Made by a program: the position numbers and the translations under genes
Assembly (NCBI GenBank): GCA_041736915.1
Contig: JBGSST010000158.1
Coordinates: 1-60,977 of the forward strand
Origin: Bdellovibrionota bacterium
Lineage (GTDB): Bacteria > Bdellovibrionota > FAC87 > UBA2466
Reading direction: 5' to 3'
DNA: 60,977 nucleotides
Shown: positions 35,741-45,328 of the stretch, in pieces
How the letters are laid out: each line of letters begins with the position of its first letter
Position numbering within the stretch: position 1 is the stretch's first letter
Notes under the pieces: model-generated
Databases searched by the model: none
Told to the model about the DNA's origin: nothing
Seen by the model: the letters and a program-made list of their open reading frames with translations, nothing else

Positions 35741-37225
35741 TCACATCAAGGCAGCGGCCTTAGTTCCGACGTTCTTTACATCTTCCACAGCTTCCGGTGC
35801 GCGTTCGCTACCGCTATCACGCAGCATCGGCGAAAACACATAAGCCAGAAACGCCGTAGGCAAAGGCCCGACCAAAAGTTGCAACCAAGAGTAGATGGAA
35901 TACATCTTATAGAGTCGCGAGGTGATGAGACTTGCGCTGTAAAGTGAAACCATGTCCTGTAACTTTCCGAAGGATTGCATCACGTCGGCTGATAACGCGA
36001 TGTTGGTCATGATGTGATAGAACAGTGTCCAAATCGGGGTCCAAAGCAGAACTGAAAAGTAAATCATGTACCAGTAGAGGATCGCTTTCCATCTGCCAGC
36101 GACGACGAAAAAGACTAGAAACGGGAAGATCATGATCAAAATCATTTTCACGAATCCCGCGATGTGCGGAGCACGCGATAGGTCGTTGGCAAACTCGTCC
36201 GCCCTTGCTGTGGCAGTGCCAATGCCGGAAAGCTCGCCGAGGCCAAGCATGTGCAACACGCCATCAAAGGAAAATACCCGGCTGATGTAGCGAGCCGCTT
36301 TTCCGGCCATGCCCGGAACCTCAGATCCCTTTTCGATGCCCAGGAACCCCTCGCGCTTTTCAAGCTGCTGGTTGATAAGCCATTGAGAGATCCAAAGGTT
36401 TGCCATCGTCTTTCCGCCGGTAAGCCCAGGGTCGAGATGCTTTTTTGCTTCGGCCTCCTCAACCCCCATCTTCGAGAAGTAGTAGGCGACCATGTTGGTG
36501 CGCATCTCTTCCTTGAGATCAAGGCAAGTGACCGGCGCACTTCCAGGCGGGGTTGCGATTTTGTAGCGTTTCAGCTCTTCGTCCACGTCGGGATAGTTGC
36601 CGAAGAAACGATCCAGCATGTCCACGTCTTTGAATTTCTCGATAAAGGGCAGCGCCCTTTCAAAGCATTGCTCTTGGTAGAGATCGATTTTGGAGCGCAG
36701 CTCGCCATCTTCAATGGTTTGTGACGAGGCGAGCATGATCGCCTTGTAGAAAAAGCTGGGCGATTCGAGTTGCGAGTTGGTTTTCTTAAAAATATTGTCC
36801 ACGACAACGCCCAGAAACCGCGCCACCTCCTCAGCCGAGCGAGTCAGAATATCGAAGATGAAGCTTACCTCGTATTCGGCATCAACTTTTGGAATCTTCT
36901 TTTTGATATAGCTATTCGTGTGCCATGACACCTGCGAAAATTTCTTCACTGGCGTATGCGACTGAACTTTTAAAAGGCTGATCCCAAGAAACAAGCAGGC
37001 AATGATCTTCACGAATGCAGAAAGCGGCACTGCTTTCTTCGATATGAGTGTATCGGGCATGTAACGCGAAAAGAACTTCACGCAGGTAAAGAAGAACATC
37101 GCTCCGAATATCAGGAGCAAAATCGCGAGAAATATTTTCTGCGACGTAATGATCTTGATGAACTGCGAGTGCAGTGCAAGCCCTAGATATTGATAAAATG
37201 CTTCATAGGCGGTACTTGAAAACAT
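35741..37225 (-). CDS. Polytopic membrane protein, TraG N-terminal-domain-like (F-type mating-pair stabilisation/pilus assembly)
   Basis: 494 aa with multiple TM segments at both ends and a large soluble loop. Its position after the traH-like gene matches the F order traH-traG. The family call is tentative. Confidence 0.45.
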   Translation of the reverse strand: MFSSTAYEAFYQYLGLALHSQFIKIITSQKIFLAILLLIFGAMFFFTCVKFFSRYMPDTLISKKAVPLSAFVKIIACLFLGISLLKVQSHTPVKKFSQVSWHTNSYIKKKIPKVDAEYEVSFIFDILTRSAEEVARFLGVVVDNIFKKTNSQLESPSFFYKAIMLASSQTIEDGELRSKIDLYQEQCFERALPFIEKFKDVDMLDRFFGNYPDVDEELKRYKIATPPGSAPVTCLDLKEEMRTNMVAYYFSKMGVEEAEAKKHLDPGLTGGKTMANLWISQWLINQQLEKREGFLGIEKGSEVPGMAGKAARYISRVFSFDGVLHMLGLGELSGIGTATARADEFANDLSRAPHIAGFVKMILIMIFPFLVFFVVAGRWKAILYWYMIYFSVLLWTPIWTLFYHIMTNIALSADVMQSFGKLQDMVSLYSASLITSRLYKMYSIYSWLQLLVGPLPTAFLAYVFSPMLRDSGSERAPEAVEDVKNVGTKAAALM

Positions 37226-37228
37226 CGC

Positions 37229-37420
37229 TTAATCTCCACATAAAATGTCGTCCGAACAATCCTGCAAAGCAGATCGCGACTGTTCCCCGCGACGGACGGC
37301 GCTGTTGGTTTGAATTCGGTGGCCGCGTGCCACGTCCTCGTATTTCAGACCCTCTTCGTTGATCTGCATGAGAACTGTGTTGAGCGGTTCCGTTCTTTTA
37401 GCTTCAAGAAGCATGGTCAT
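37229..37420 (-). CDS. Small hypothetical protein in tra operon
   Basis: 63-aa ORF exactly filling the gap between the traH-like gene (4-nt overlap) and the traG_N-like gene (3-nt gap). Confidence 0.35.
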   Translation of the reverse strand: MTMLLEAKRTEPLNTVLMQINEEGLKYEDVARGHRIQTNSAVRRGEQSRSALQDCSDDILCGD

Positions 37421-38523
37421 TTCGATCTGCTCTTTGAGGGCTTTGCGCTTTTGCTCCGCCTCCGCCTTGCGGTTGTCGGAAGATTTACGTTCTGCGTCAC
37501 CCGCGTCATGAAATCGAGCGATTGACTCATCTTCTCGGTGAAGGTTGGCATCGCGAGCGCGTCCGAGAGCTTCGCTAAAGCAGCTTCCCGCACTCGGTAC
37601 GGCATGAAGGCAAGCGATTGCAGGGTTTCATGATCGACCGCGCCAATAGCGACGTTACCGTTAAGCTCCTTCAAATCACGGTCAGAGACGACGCGGTAAA
37701 CGCTGGCACCAGAACCCGCCGATTCCACTTTTTTAAGAAGGGCTGCGATCTTCTTGTATTTTTCCTCTCGAAGCGACGTTAGGTAAGTGCGTGGCGTAAG
37801 AATGACGTTACGCGGACCGTAGTCCACTGACACGTTACCCTTGCTCACGATGGAATCACCCACAACGCTTTTCACGATGTTGAGAAGATCGGTCGATTCC
37901 TGATCGGTCATGCCCTGCCACTGCGCCGAAGATTCCAAAAGGCGATTGGATGAGGCTTTGCCGAACTTGTTGCCAGCCCAATTGGAAAGGTCGGCATTCC
38001 AGTGGTTCTTGCAACTTTCCATCGCGGCTTCCATATCACCGCCGTTATTTTGAATGGACTGATGCACGCACTGCTGGCGTTCACGGTAAAAATCTTCAAC
38101 ACGGCTATCGACGTACTTATCCACGATAGAGCACTGATCGAGGCGCATTCCTGAAAGCATGTTCGCATTCAGGTGGAAGTTTTTAAGGATGCTGCACCAA
38201 GTCGGGGACATGTAGCAGGTGAGAAGCATCGGGGCCGAGGCCACGATGTTTTTACCGATGTCGCCAAAGTATTTCGCATCGAGCAGATTGCGAAGACTCG
38301 CCTTGATGGTCTGATCAAAGTTGATGCGTCCGCAGTCAGAACCAATTCCCAAATTGAGGTTCAGTTCAACGGAACGGTATTGGTCAAAGATCGGGTCTTT
38401 GCCAAACCCGTGCTGCTTGAACAGATACTCATTCGGCGAGAATCGGTTGGAGTTGCGGTAATCCAGCGACTCCGCATGGAGAGCTGGCGTAAATAGCAAC
38501 GCTCCGAAAATAAGAAAACGCAT
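37417..38523 (-). CDS. TraH-like conjugative pilus assembly protein
   Basis: ATG at 38523 is preceded by AGGAGG and gives a signal peptide (MRFLIFGALLFTPALHA). The Cys pattern around GSDCGRINF ... LLTCYMSPTWCS ... LDQCS resembles the TraH CGGID/CPxC region. Confidence 0.5.
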   Translation of the reverse strand: MRFLIFGALLFTPALHAESLDYRNSNRFSPNEYLFKQHGFGKDPIFDQYRSVELNLNLGIGSDCGRINFDQTIKASLRNLLDAKYFGDIGKNIVASAPMLLTCYMSPTWCSILKNFHLNANMLSGMRLDQCSIVDKYVDSRVEDFYRERQQCVHQSIQNNGGDMEAAMESCKNHWNADLSNWAGNKFGKASSNRLLESSAQWQGMTDQESTDLLNIVKSVVGDSIVSKGNVSVDYGPRNVILTPRTYLTSLREEKYKKIAALLKKVESAGSGASVYRVVSDRDLKELNGNVAIGAVDHETLQSLAFMPYRVREAALAKLSDALAMPTFTEKMSQSLDFMTRVTQNVNLPTTARRRRSKSAKPSKSRSK

Positions 38524-38533
38524 AGATAACCTC

Positions 38534-41113
38534 CTACAAGCCATTAGGGTATTTCTCCGCAAGCATCGAAAGCGCCTCCCACTTCTTTCCGGCAAACTTT
38601 TTCAATGCTCGATCTGCTTCAGCCGCGGCTTTGGCATTGGTAGGCGATAGCCACATGCTGAGTGGTGTCGGGTGGTAGCGGAATGCTCCCTGCACGGTCT
38701 TCTTTTTGTTCATGTAAAAGACCTCAGCGTACTGACCGCGCTTGGTACGCAAAGACTTGATGATTTCGACGTTCGCCTCATCGAGCATGGAGGAGTGCTG
38801 CGCGAGGTAGTCCACGTTGTCGGTATTCATTTGCAGGAAGATGTAGTTGTCAGCCACACCCCAAAATGCCTTGCCAACATCCAGCTCGAAATAGTTCTGT
38901 GGCCTCGGTGTCAGAGTGATTAGCCAGTAACCGAGCTTGCGGCAGGTTTCCGCCATATCAACGGCGAAATCGCGCACGGCGGGGTTGTTACGCCCCAACA
39001 TCGCGAATTCCTCGAAGACGATGAATCCGCCCCGGCCCTTGTTCTCTGGCAGCTTGATCGTCTGGCGAATTTCTTCAACCACTGCCATCGTCATCAGCGT
39101 TTGCAGGACGGGATCGTTATCAAGCGCATCGAGATCGTAGGCGTAGAACAGACACTTTTTGCGCTTTCTTTCGGGGCTACCGCGAAAGAATTTTGCGTAA
39201 ATTCCGTCGTCATAAAACGGGCGCAACTTGTGAACCAAATCGTCGATAGCAGTCCTTAACCGCTCGTTGCCGTCTGAAACGAGAGCGCCGAGCTCGGCCA
39301 CGAAGTCTTCCATCGTCAGCTCAACTTCTTTGTCGCTGTTTTGCTGCAACAGCTCACCATCCACATAAGCAAGGCCCTGCTGCTTACACTTTTTGATGTA
39401 GGCAAATTTCAATGCGCGACTGATGGATGCCTGATGCTCGCTTTCAATTTCAAAGGAAGGCGACGTGAGTTTGACCGCTGTGATAATGAGCTTCGTCAGT
39501 AACGCGATCTTGTCTTCGTCATACACTCCGCGAAATGGACTGAATGGAACTTCGCCGTTGCGATCAAATACCGTGAGATCGCCGTCGAAGTATTCCGAGA
39601 GCATCGTGTAACTGGATTTCTTGTCGATGATGAAAATGAGCGGTTCAGGCATGTCCGGCTTGGTCCGCTTGGCCGCTTGGATACAGTCGATGACAAACGC
39701 ACTTTTCCCAGAGCCGCTGTCCGCGAGAACAACGGTGTGATTCGATGTCTCGTTCTCCGTCAGGGAAAACGGAACGAGGTTGTTTTCGCGAGACAAGAAA
39801 AGTTGCAACGGGTTTTTGAGACCGCGAAAGGAATCAAAGACCGGCACAAAGTTGACCGCATCCGAGCGAAGAATACGGATGTACCGCTGCGCCGACATAT
39901 CCGAATCTGGCATGTAGTTGAGCGGCAAAGAGTTGAGGCAAAGTCCAAGGCCAATGTCGTTCTCAACGATGACTTCGCACTCAAGCTCGTTGTGAAACAC
40001 GTTCACGATTTCGCGGGTGCGCTCGTCCAGAATATCTTCGTTTTCACCTTCAATCGTGACGTTGAAAGTCATGTGAAGGCAGCGATCCTCTCGTGCGAGC
40101 TTGTCTTGCACTTCCAGGATCTCTTCGCGCTGGCGACGAGCTTTTGCCGACGGCGTGTTTTGTAGAAAGAACTCTTTGAAGTCGAAGAACCGCTTTACTT
40201 TCCCCTTACTCGGAAAGTTGAAGTTGAGAGACATCGTGAAAGGGAAAGAGAGCTTGGTGAAATAGGCCATCCCGCCCGGATACGCATACTGCGGACTCGT
40301 TTTAAGCGAGATAGTGCGGGTTTTGATCCCTTCGCGCTCGATGCCCTGATAGTCGAGCGTGGGGCTTGAATAGATGAACTGCTGCGCGAGCGATTGGCTT
40401 GGATTGTACGGTGCGAAACTTCTTTTGTAATAGGTCTTGGGATTAAAAAAACGGCGCAGAATATCCAAGACTCCTTGAGCGTCGAGTTGGCGAAGTTTGA
40501 TCTTGGAATTGGCGGAAAAATCTGCGACCAAGTGTTTGAATCGCGTCAGCTCCCGGACTGTGTGCTTGAAAGTTCGTCCCAGAACAATGTCATCATTTGC
40601 CAATATCTCTTTGTAGCTGTGCGGCTGCTTTTCGGTAAGAAAGTAGCGAACAACAAGCAAGGTGCGCCGACTGAGCGGAGCAACGGATTGACTCGTCCCG
40701 CAAGCGCCTTGGTACTGCTCAAGACGCTTATCAAAGAGTACCGACGAAATGCCGTGGCCACTCGGATACTGTTTTTTCAGCGAGTCCCAAACGCGATCTT
40801 TGCTGGAAATCGCGGACTGCTCATAGATAACTTGCAGCACACATTCTTCGGGAAGACTGAACCAAGGTTTGACGTGCCTGACGGCATCAATGATTTCTTT
40901 TTCTGTCATCACCTCATGTTCAAGAAGCTGCACCTCGAAGACGGCGCCCAGCGAACCGTCACGCTGTTGGAAAATGCCCCCTTCCTCGATGAAATCATCA
41001 TAGGGAAGAAGGCTGCTTAGAGACTCTGGCCTACTGAAAAGCGCTTTAGTCAGATTTTCCCGATTGGTTAGAAATTTCTGGATCGGCTTTGGAACTAAGT
41101 TCGTATTCATCAT
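38534..41113 (-). CDS. traC: TraC/VirB4-family conjugative ATPase
   Basis: About 860 aa, Walker A ADSGSGKS, Walker B-like FIVFEEF, typical F-type TraC length. ATG at 41113 follows GGAG (the track begins at a TTG at 41122). Confidence 0.85.
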   Translation of the reverse strand: MMNTNLVPKPIQKFLTNRENLTKALFSRPESLSSLLPYDDFIEEGGIFQQRDGSLGAVFEVQLLEHEVMTEKEIIDAVRHVKPWFSLPEECVLQVIYEQSAISSKDRVWDSLKKQYPSGHGISSVLFDKRLEQYQGACGTSQSVAPLSRRTLLVVRYFLTEKQPHSYKEILANDDIVLGRTFKHTVRELTRFKHLVADFSANSKIKLRQLDAQGVLDILRRFFNPKTYYKRSFAPYNPSQSLAQQFIYSSPTLDYQGIEREGIKTRTISLKTSPQYAYPGGMAYFTKLSFPFTMSLNFNFPSKGKVKRFFDFKEFFLQNTPSAKARRQREEILEVQDKLAREDRCLHMTFNVTIEGENEDILDERTREIVNVFHNELECEVIVENDIGLGLCLNSLPLNYMPDSDMSAQRYIRILRSDAVNFVPVFDSFRGLKNPLQLFLSRENNLVPFSLTENETSNHTVVLADSGSGKSAFVIDCIQAAKRTKPDMPEPLIFIIDKKSSYTMLSEYFDGDLTVFDRNGEVPFSPFRGVYDEDKIALLTKLIITAVKLTSPSFEIESEHQASISRALKFAYIKKCKQQGLAYVDGELLQQNSDKEVELTMEDFVAELGALVSDGNERLRTAIDDLVHKLRPFYDDGIYAKFFRGSPERKRKKCLFYAYDLDALDNDPVLQTLMTMAVVEEIRQTIKLPENKGRGGFIVFEEFAMLGRNNPAVRDFAVDMAETCRKLGYWLITLTPRPQNYFELDVGKAFWGVADNYIFLQMNTDNVDYLAQHSSMLDEANVEIIKSLRTKRGQYAEVFYMNKKKTVQGAFRYHPTPLSMWLSPTNAKAAAEADRALKKFAGKKWEALSMLAEKYPNGL

Positions 41114-41128
41114 TTTCTCCAAGTGTGA

Positions 41129-41515
41129 TTAAAGTCTGCTGTTGCGCATGGGTTCGGTTCGTTCGGGAGCTGGATTCTTCGGTGCGGGATCAGGCTTCGT
41201 CACCGGCTTGAACACTTTTTCGAGGCCACCTGAAGTTGCCCAATGCGGTTCTTTGACGATGCTGCGAATCCATCCACCAAGAAAGTAGTCACCCGTCGGA
41301 AGTTCGTTAGGATGAACCCAGATATCCGCGATCACCGGCGCTGACCTTTTCGGAATCACCTTGTCGTCAGACGGCGCGAACGTGACATCAAGCGGTTTGT
41401 CGCCGCCCTCGTCATATCCGGCTCTGGCGTCAAGCATCCGTAGGCTCGGCGCACGGTTTGTGGCGCAGGCCGCGAGAAACAAAGTGCTGAACACAAATAG
41501 ACTGATCGTTTTCAT
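41129..41515 (-). CDS. traV: TraV-like outer-membrane lipoprotein
   Basis: 128 aa with a lipobox (LFLAACAT). Its position between traB and traC matches F-like systems. Confidence 0.55.
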   Translation of the reverse strand: MKTISLFVFSTLFLAACATNRAPSLRMLDARAGYDEGGDKPLDVTFAPSDDKVIPKRSAPVIADIWVHPNELPTGDYFLGGWIRSIVKEPHWATSGGLEKVFKPVTKPDPAPKNPAPERTEPMRNSRL

Positions 41516-41524
41516 AATTTCTCC

Positions 41525-42799
41525 TTACTCCGCAATTTTGGTGAAATAGGAATAGACGCTCTTGTCTTGCGAATCGGCTTTGCGAAAATACCAGTTGGGA
41601 AGCTCCACCTTGTCTTGCATCACAACCCAGATGTCCTGACCGGAGCCGATGTTGATCGTGGGAAGCAGCCGGTTGGCCTGCTGCAAATACCACTGCGTCA
41701 CCATCGAGGCCGCATTGCTCGCGCCACCGGCACCGATGTATTTCGCTTGATCTCCTGTGACCACCGATTGGCCGCCACCAAGAGCATTGGTTTGCTGAGT
41801 CGTTTGCGCTTGTTGAATCGCTTTCCCAACACCTTCGACAACGGAGGAGAGAAACGCAGTTGCAGCCACGCGGTCCTGCTTCGTACTGACCGATCCGATT
41901 ACAGCAAAGCTGTTGTCCGTGTCGTCCGCGACAAAACCATTCACCTCGCGCTCAAACATTTTCCCCTTCTGCGAAACGCACGAGATTTTCACCATCTGCA
42001 TTTGCACGCGCTCGGTGCTGAGATCGCCCTGGGCTTTGGAAATGCCGAAGCAGCCGGTGAGATCGACCTTGGTTCGGTTAGGGCCAATAAATGCGTAGTC
42101 GAGTTGCAAAAGGACCGGATAGTTTTTCCCCTCCGGCGCTTCCACACCCGTCATCATCTTGGCTTTGACGTAGCTGCCGGAGGGAATGACAACGCCCAGC
42201 TCTCCGACTTCAGCCTCCTTCACCGGAAACGAAATGGTCGCAGGCCCTTTTGCCGAGATGCGCGGAGCGGCAAAGCCCGTTCCCACCGATGGACTCATGC
42301 CAGCGCCGCGCTCACGGTAGAACTGCTGCGTGGGGTAAGACTCACTCGGCGAGCTTGGCTGTGGCGGATTGCCGAAACCTGGAGCTTCGCCGTTCGGATT
42401 GGATTGCTGCTGCGTATTATTGGTCGGTGGGGCCGTTCCAGTCGCAGGTTGCTGCGTCCCGTTTAGCCGATTCAAAATTTCGGTAAGTCGAGACTCGATG
42501 CCGGATAACTTTTCGTCGGTCGCGGTTTGCTTGGCCTCAAGATCCTTGATGGCCTTTGAAAGCAGTTGGTCGCGGCGTTTGTAGATGGAATCCGTCGATC
42601 CAAGAATTTTTCCACCTTCAAAGGACACCCCGTCCTTGGATTGGAAAACATAGGTTTCGCGCTCCATTCCCTTGCTGGCGACGTAGGTAAGTAGCAGTAG
42701 CAGACCAACACCAGCGGCGATGACGTAGATTCGCTTTTCCTTGTTGTTCTTCCACCACTGAGCCGCTTTTTCGACATACGGTTTTAACTTCTCTTTCAT
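41525..42799 (-). CDS. traB: TraB (VirB10-like) T4SS core protein
   Basis: N-terminal TM segment, a Pro/Gln-rich linker, and a C-terminal domain collinear with F TraB (IPSGSYVKAKMMTGVEAP...CFGISKAQGDLSTERVQMQMVKISC...INIGSGQDIWVVM). Confidence 0.75.
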   Translation of the reverse strand: MKEKLKPYVEKAAQWWKNNKEKRIYVIAAGVGLLLLLTYVASKGMERETYVFQSKDGVSFEGGKILGSTDSIYKRRDQLLSKAIKDLEAKQTATDEKLSGIESRLTEILNRLNGTQQPATGTAPPTNNTQQQSNPNGEAPGFGNPPQPSSPSESYPTQQFYRERGAGMSPSVGTGFAAPRISAKGPATISFPVKEAEVGELGVVIPSGSYVKAKMMTGVEAPEGKNYPVLLQLDYAFIGPNRTKVDLTGCFGISKAQGDLSTERVQMQMVKISCVSQKGKMFEREVNGFVADDTDNSFAVIGSVSTKQDRVAATAFLSSVVEGVGKAIQQAQTTQQTNALGGGQSVVTGDQAKYIGAGGASNAASMVTQWYLQQANRLLPTINIGSGQDIWVVMQDKVELPNWYFRKADSQDKSVYSYFTKIAE

Positions 42800-42914
42800 A
42801 AGGCAATACTCCTTGAGCCTCCGCCTCTTCTTTTGTGGTGAGAGGGGATTTCATTTTTTGAAATGGCTCTTGATGGAAGTAGCCTTATGAAACTGATTCG
42901 GATCTGACGGCTGT

Positions 42915-43721
42915 TTAGCCTTCTTTTTCCTTTTCTTTCTTCACGACCGCTACGGGTAGATTCACATTGTAGTAAACGGATGCCGGTTTCGCGACGATGC
43001 GCAGAAATACAGGACGCTCTGTCTTTTCATTTCCTGAAATTTTCTGTTCATCAATCTGCGAGAGAATTGCTGTGTTGGGGCTGCCGAGCGTGAGCTTGGT
43101 TACGTCGATCACGAAATCCTTATCATCGGCGTTGCTTGAAATCTTGAAGACGTAGCCGTTGAATTTCGCGCCGGTGTATACTCTGACGAGCTGGCAGTTG
43201 ATGCCGCTTACCTTGGTATCAACGGTGCGGATCAGTTTTTTCACCTGATACCCAGATACATGATCGCCGCGAATCATGGCTTTCATCAGTTCCAATTCGG
43301 AAACCCGTTCGCCCGTCTGATCGTTTGCCTCCGCCTTTTCAATCAGAGAATCCTTTCGTCTCAGATCGTAAAAGGAGTCGGTGTTTTCAGGGGCGGCCTT
43401 CGGCACCACCACGAGTTTGGTGTTGATGATCGACCCGTCGCTCATGATGAAAGTCACCTTGTCTTCCCCTTGAGAAAAACGAGGCGTAACTGACATCAGA
43501 GCATAGTTGGGTTGCTCCTCATCAGCGGGTCCAATCACGAAACGCGAAGCTTGGGAGATGGTTTTGACCGTCGTGGGGAAACGCACAATTGTCGGCCCAC
43601 CATACGAAAGCGTGATGGTTTCCATCTCATCGCCAACGTAAACGATGCGGGCAAAGCCTGTGTTGCTCCACAGCGACAACAAAATAAATCCGAAACCGAA
43701 TACTTTATAGAAGTTTTTCAT
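42915..43721 (-). CDS. traK: TraK (VirB9 N-terminal-like) T4SS core protein
   Basis: 268 aa with a signal peptide. The pattern and gene order (traE-traK-traB) match F-like systems. Confidence 0.6.
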   Translation of the reverse strand: MKNFYKVFGFGFILLSLWSNTGFARIVYVGDEMETITLSYGGPTIVRFPTTVKTISQASRFVIGPADEEQPNYALMSVTPRFSQGEDKVTFIMSDGSIINTKLVVVPKAAPENTDSFYDLRRKDSLIEKAEANDQTGERVSELELMKAMIRGDHVSGYQVKKLIRTVDTKVSGINCQLVRVYTGAKFNGYVFKISSNADDKDFVIDVTKLTLGSPNTAILSQIDEQKISGNEKTERPVFLRIVAKPASVYYNVNLPVAVVKKEKEKEG

Positions 43722-43723
43722 GA

Positions 43724-44485
43724 TTACTCTCCCGTGTTCTGAAGTGATTTTTTGGCCCTGAACGCTTCAACCTTGTTCCATCCGAGCTTGGATATTTGCA
43801 GATACCAACGACGCCCGCTTTCCGGTGGAACAAGCTTCAGCTCCATTTCGATGACCTGATCTTCGTGACCAAGAAAATTATTCTGCGAGTAGAACTCAGC
43901 GCGACTTATTGCCGTGACACGGTAGTTGCCCTTCTCGTCCGCCTTGACCTCCTTCTGGTTCACATGAAGAAGCTGCGAGATACCGTTTTCTTTGACCTGG
44001 CTCATCCAGTCGGCGATCTCCATTTTGAATTTGATCTTGAGTTCAGGACTCATCGAACGCGAAAGCGACTCGTACTGCTCGTCAATGTTGGTAGGGTTGA
44101 CGTTTCCAAGCTGCGATAAAAAGTCTGCCACCGCATCATTGACGTAGCTTTCGGAAACCGTTTGCGGCGAGGCCGTGGTGAAATCCATCACGCCAGGTGC
44201 CAAGATGTATTCCTTGAGGCGGTAACGCTCCATGAACTTGAGAAAGGAATACTCTCTGATGACCGCATACGTTGCGAAGACCGCAACGACGGCTGCCAGA
44301 ACGTATTTCAACGTCATCTGCGTTTTGAGATACGCTGCCTTGTAACAGATGTACTTGGGCAGATTTTTGAGATCCAACCCTTCGTACTCGCCAAGAGGAG
44401 GCGTCTTGAGTTTCGCCGCCTCGATTCCTTTTTGTGCCGCACCTATCATTTCGTTTCTCCATTCAAATATTTTTTTTAAATTCAT
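43724..44485 (-). CDS. traE: TraE-like bitopic inner-membrane T4SS protein
   Basis: 253 aa with a single TM segment (VLAAVVAVFATYAVI) followed by a TraE/VirB8-like periplasmic domain. It lies between traL and traK. Confidence 0.6.
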   Translation of the reverse strand: MNLKKIFEWRNEMIGAAQKGIEAAKLKTPPLGEYEGLDLKNLPKYICYKAAYLKTQMTLKYVLAAVVAVFATYAVIREYSFLKFMERYRLKEYILAPGVMDFTTASPQTVSESYVNDAVADFLSQLGNVNPTNIDEQYESLSRSMSPELKIKFKMEIADWMSQVKENGISQLLHVNQKEVKADEKGNYRVTAISRAEFYSQNNFLGHEDQVIEMELKLVPPESGRRWYLQISKLGWNKVEAFRAKKSLQNTGE

Positions 44486-44497
44486 CGCGTTCTCCCT

Positions 44498-44809
44498 TTA
44501 GTCCGAATAGCGTTTTCCGCCCTGTGGGTTGATGATTCCGGGCAGCGAAACGCCGAGCTTTGCATAGGGCCAATGCAGGAAGATCCCGCGCTCGTTGTTC
44601 TTCTTGATGACAGGCCCAATACCAAGAAAGACCACCAAAAGAGAAAACATCGTGAACCACGAGTAAAAGAGCACGCCGAAGATCATCACGATGGTTAGCG
44701 CAATGAAGGCATCGGAGAGTTCCCAATGATCGAAGATGGTAATCGGTGAGTCGATGGTTTGGCTCACGCGATTTCCTGAAGTCGCTTTCAGGTTGTCATA
44801 CCGAACCAT
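44498..44809 (-). CDS. traL: TraL-like T4SS protein
   Basis: 103 aa from ATG 44809 (MVRYDN...). It has a TraL-like hairpin of two TM helices followed by KKNNERG. The longer track ORF overlaps the pilin gene. Confidence 0.6.
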   Translation of the reverse strand: MVRYDNLKATSGNRVSQTIDSPITIFDHWELSDAFIALTIVMIFGVLFYSWFTMFSLLVVFLGIGPVIKKNNERGIFLHWPYAKLGVSLPGIINPQGGKRYSD

Positions 44810-45236
44810 GTTCGCCCTCCCGATCCTTGTCTTCGAGCAAGGCAACATAGGGTTTCTCCATTGTTTCCACTTGTCCGAAAATGCTGCTGTCGCCACTGAT
44901 GCTGAATACGTTTTTCACCCAAGTAGGAGCTGTCCCGAAGACCACGGCTCCGATTACACAGATGACGGCCATGCCGAAGCGTTGCTCTTTCAACGCCCAG
45001 GCCGCACTCATGATGCAAAGTCCGGCGAAAAGCCGCGCGCCCCACTTGAAAAGTCCCGTATCGATGAGGTGCAGGAGTGTGCCCGCCGCCTCTAGCTTGG
45101 CACTTTCATCCCGTCCCGGAAGATTACCGATGTCAGCAAGTGCGATGTCTGCGTACATCAGAACAAAACCAACGACGGCAACCGCGATCAGGCCAAAAAG
45201 TTGCCAGTCCCACCACTTTGGAATCCATTTCACCAT
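44796..45236 (-). CDS. Candidate conjugative pilin (TraA/TrbC/VirB2-like)
   Basis: 146 aa. A leader-like TM segment is followed by two hydrophobic helices separated by a short charged loop (LKEQR). It is the first gene before traL, as in F (traA-traL-traE-traK-traB-traV-traC). AAGGA lies 8 nt upstream of the ATG. Confidence 0.55.
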   Translation of the reverse strand: MVKWIPKWWDWQLFGLIAVAVVGFVLMYADIALADIGNLPGRDESAKLEAAGTLLHLIDTGLFKWGARLFAGLCIMSAAWALKEQRFGMAVICVIGAVVFGTAPTWVKNVFSISGDSSIFGQVETMEKPYVALLEDKDREGEHGSV

Positions 45237-45328
45237 AACGATTTCCTTTTTCTTCAGCAGCTCCGCTCTGTAGTGGTGGGAAGTGCGTATTCAATATTGG
45301 CCTCGCTGCTGCGGTGGGCCTAAAAACC

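Noticed and set aside
36910-36925. A sigma54-like TGGCACACGAATAGCT on the minus strand inside the traG_N-like gene. A similar TGGCAC...TTGA hit lies inside the SDR gene near 55.06 kb.
   Set aside because: Both are intragenic. Given the expected chance frequency of TGGCAC over about 60 kb of two-strand sequence, roughly one hit with correctly spaced GC is expected at random. I did not report them as promoters, although an internal promoter cannot be excluded.
42618-42854. 78-aa ORF spanning the traK/traB gap. A small ATTTCA-N5-TGAAAT hairpin also lies in this gap.
   Set aside because: The ORF mostly overlaps traB in another frame. The 115-bp gap may hold an internal promoter or processing site, but nothing specific enough to call.
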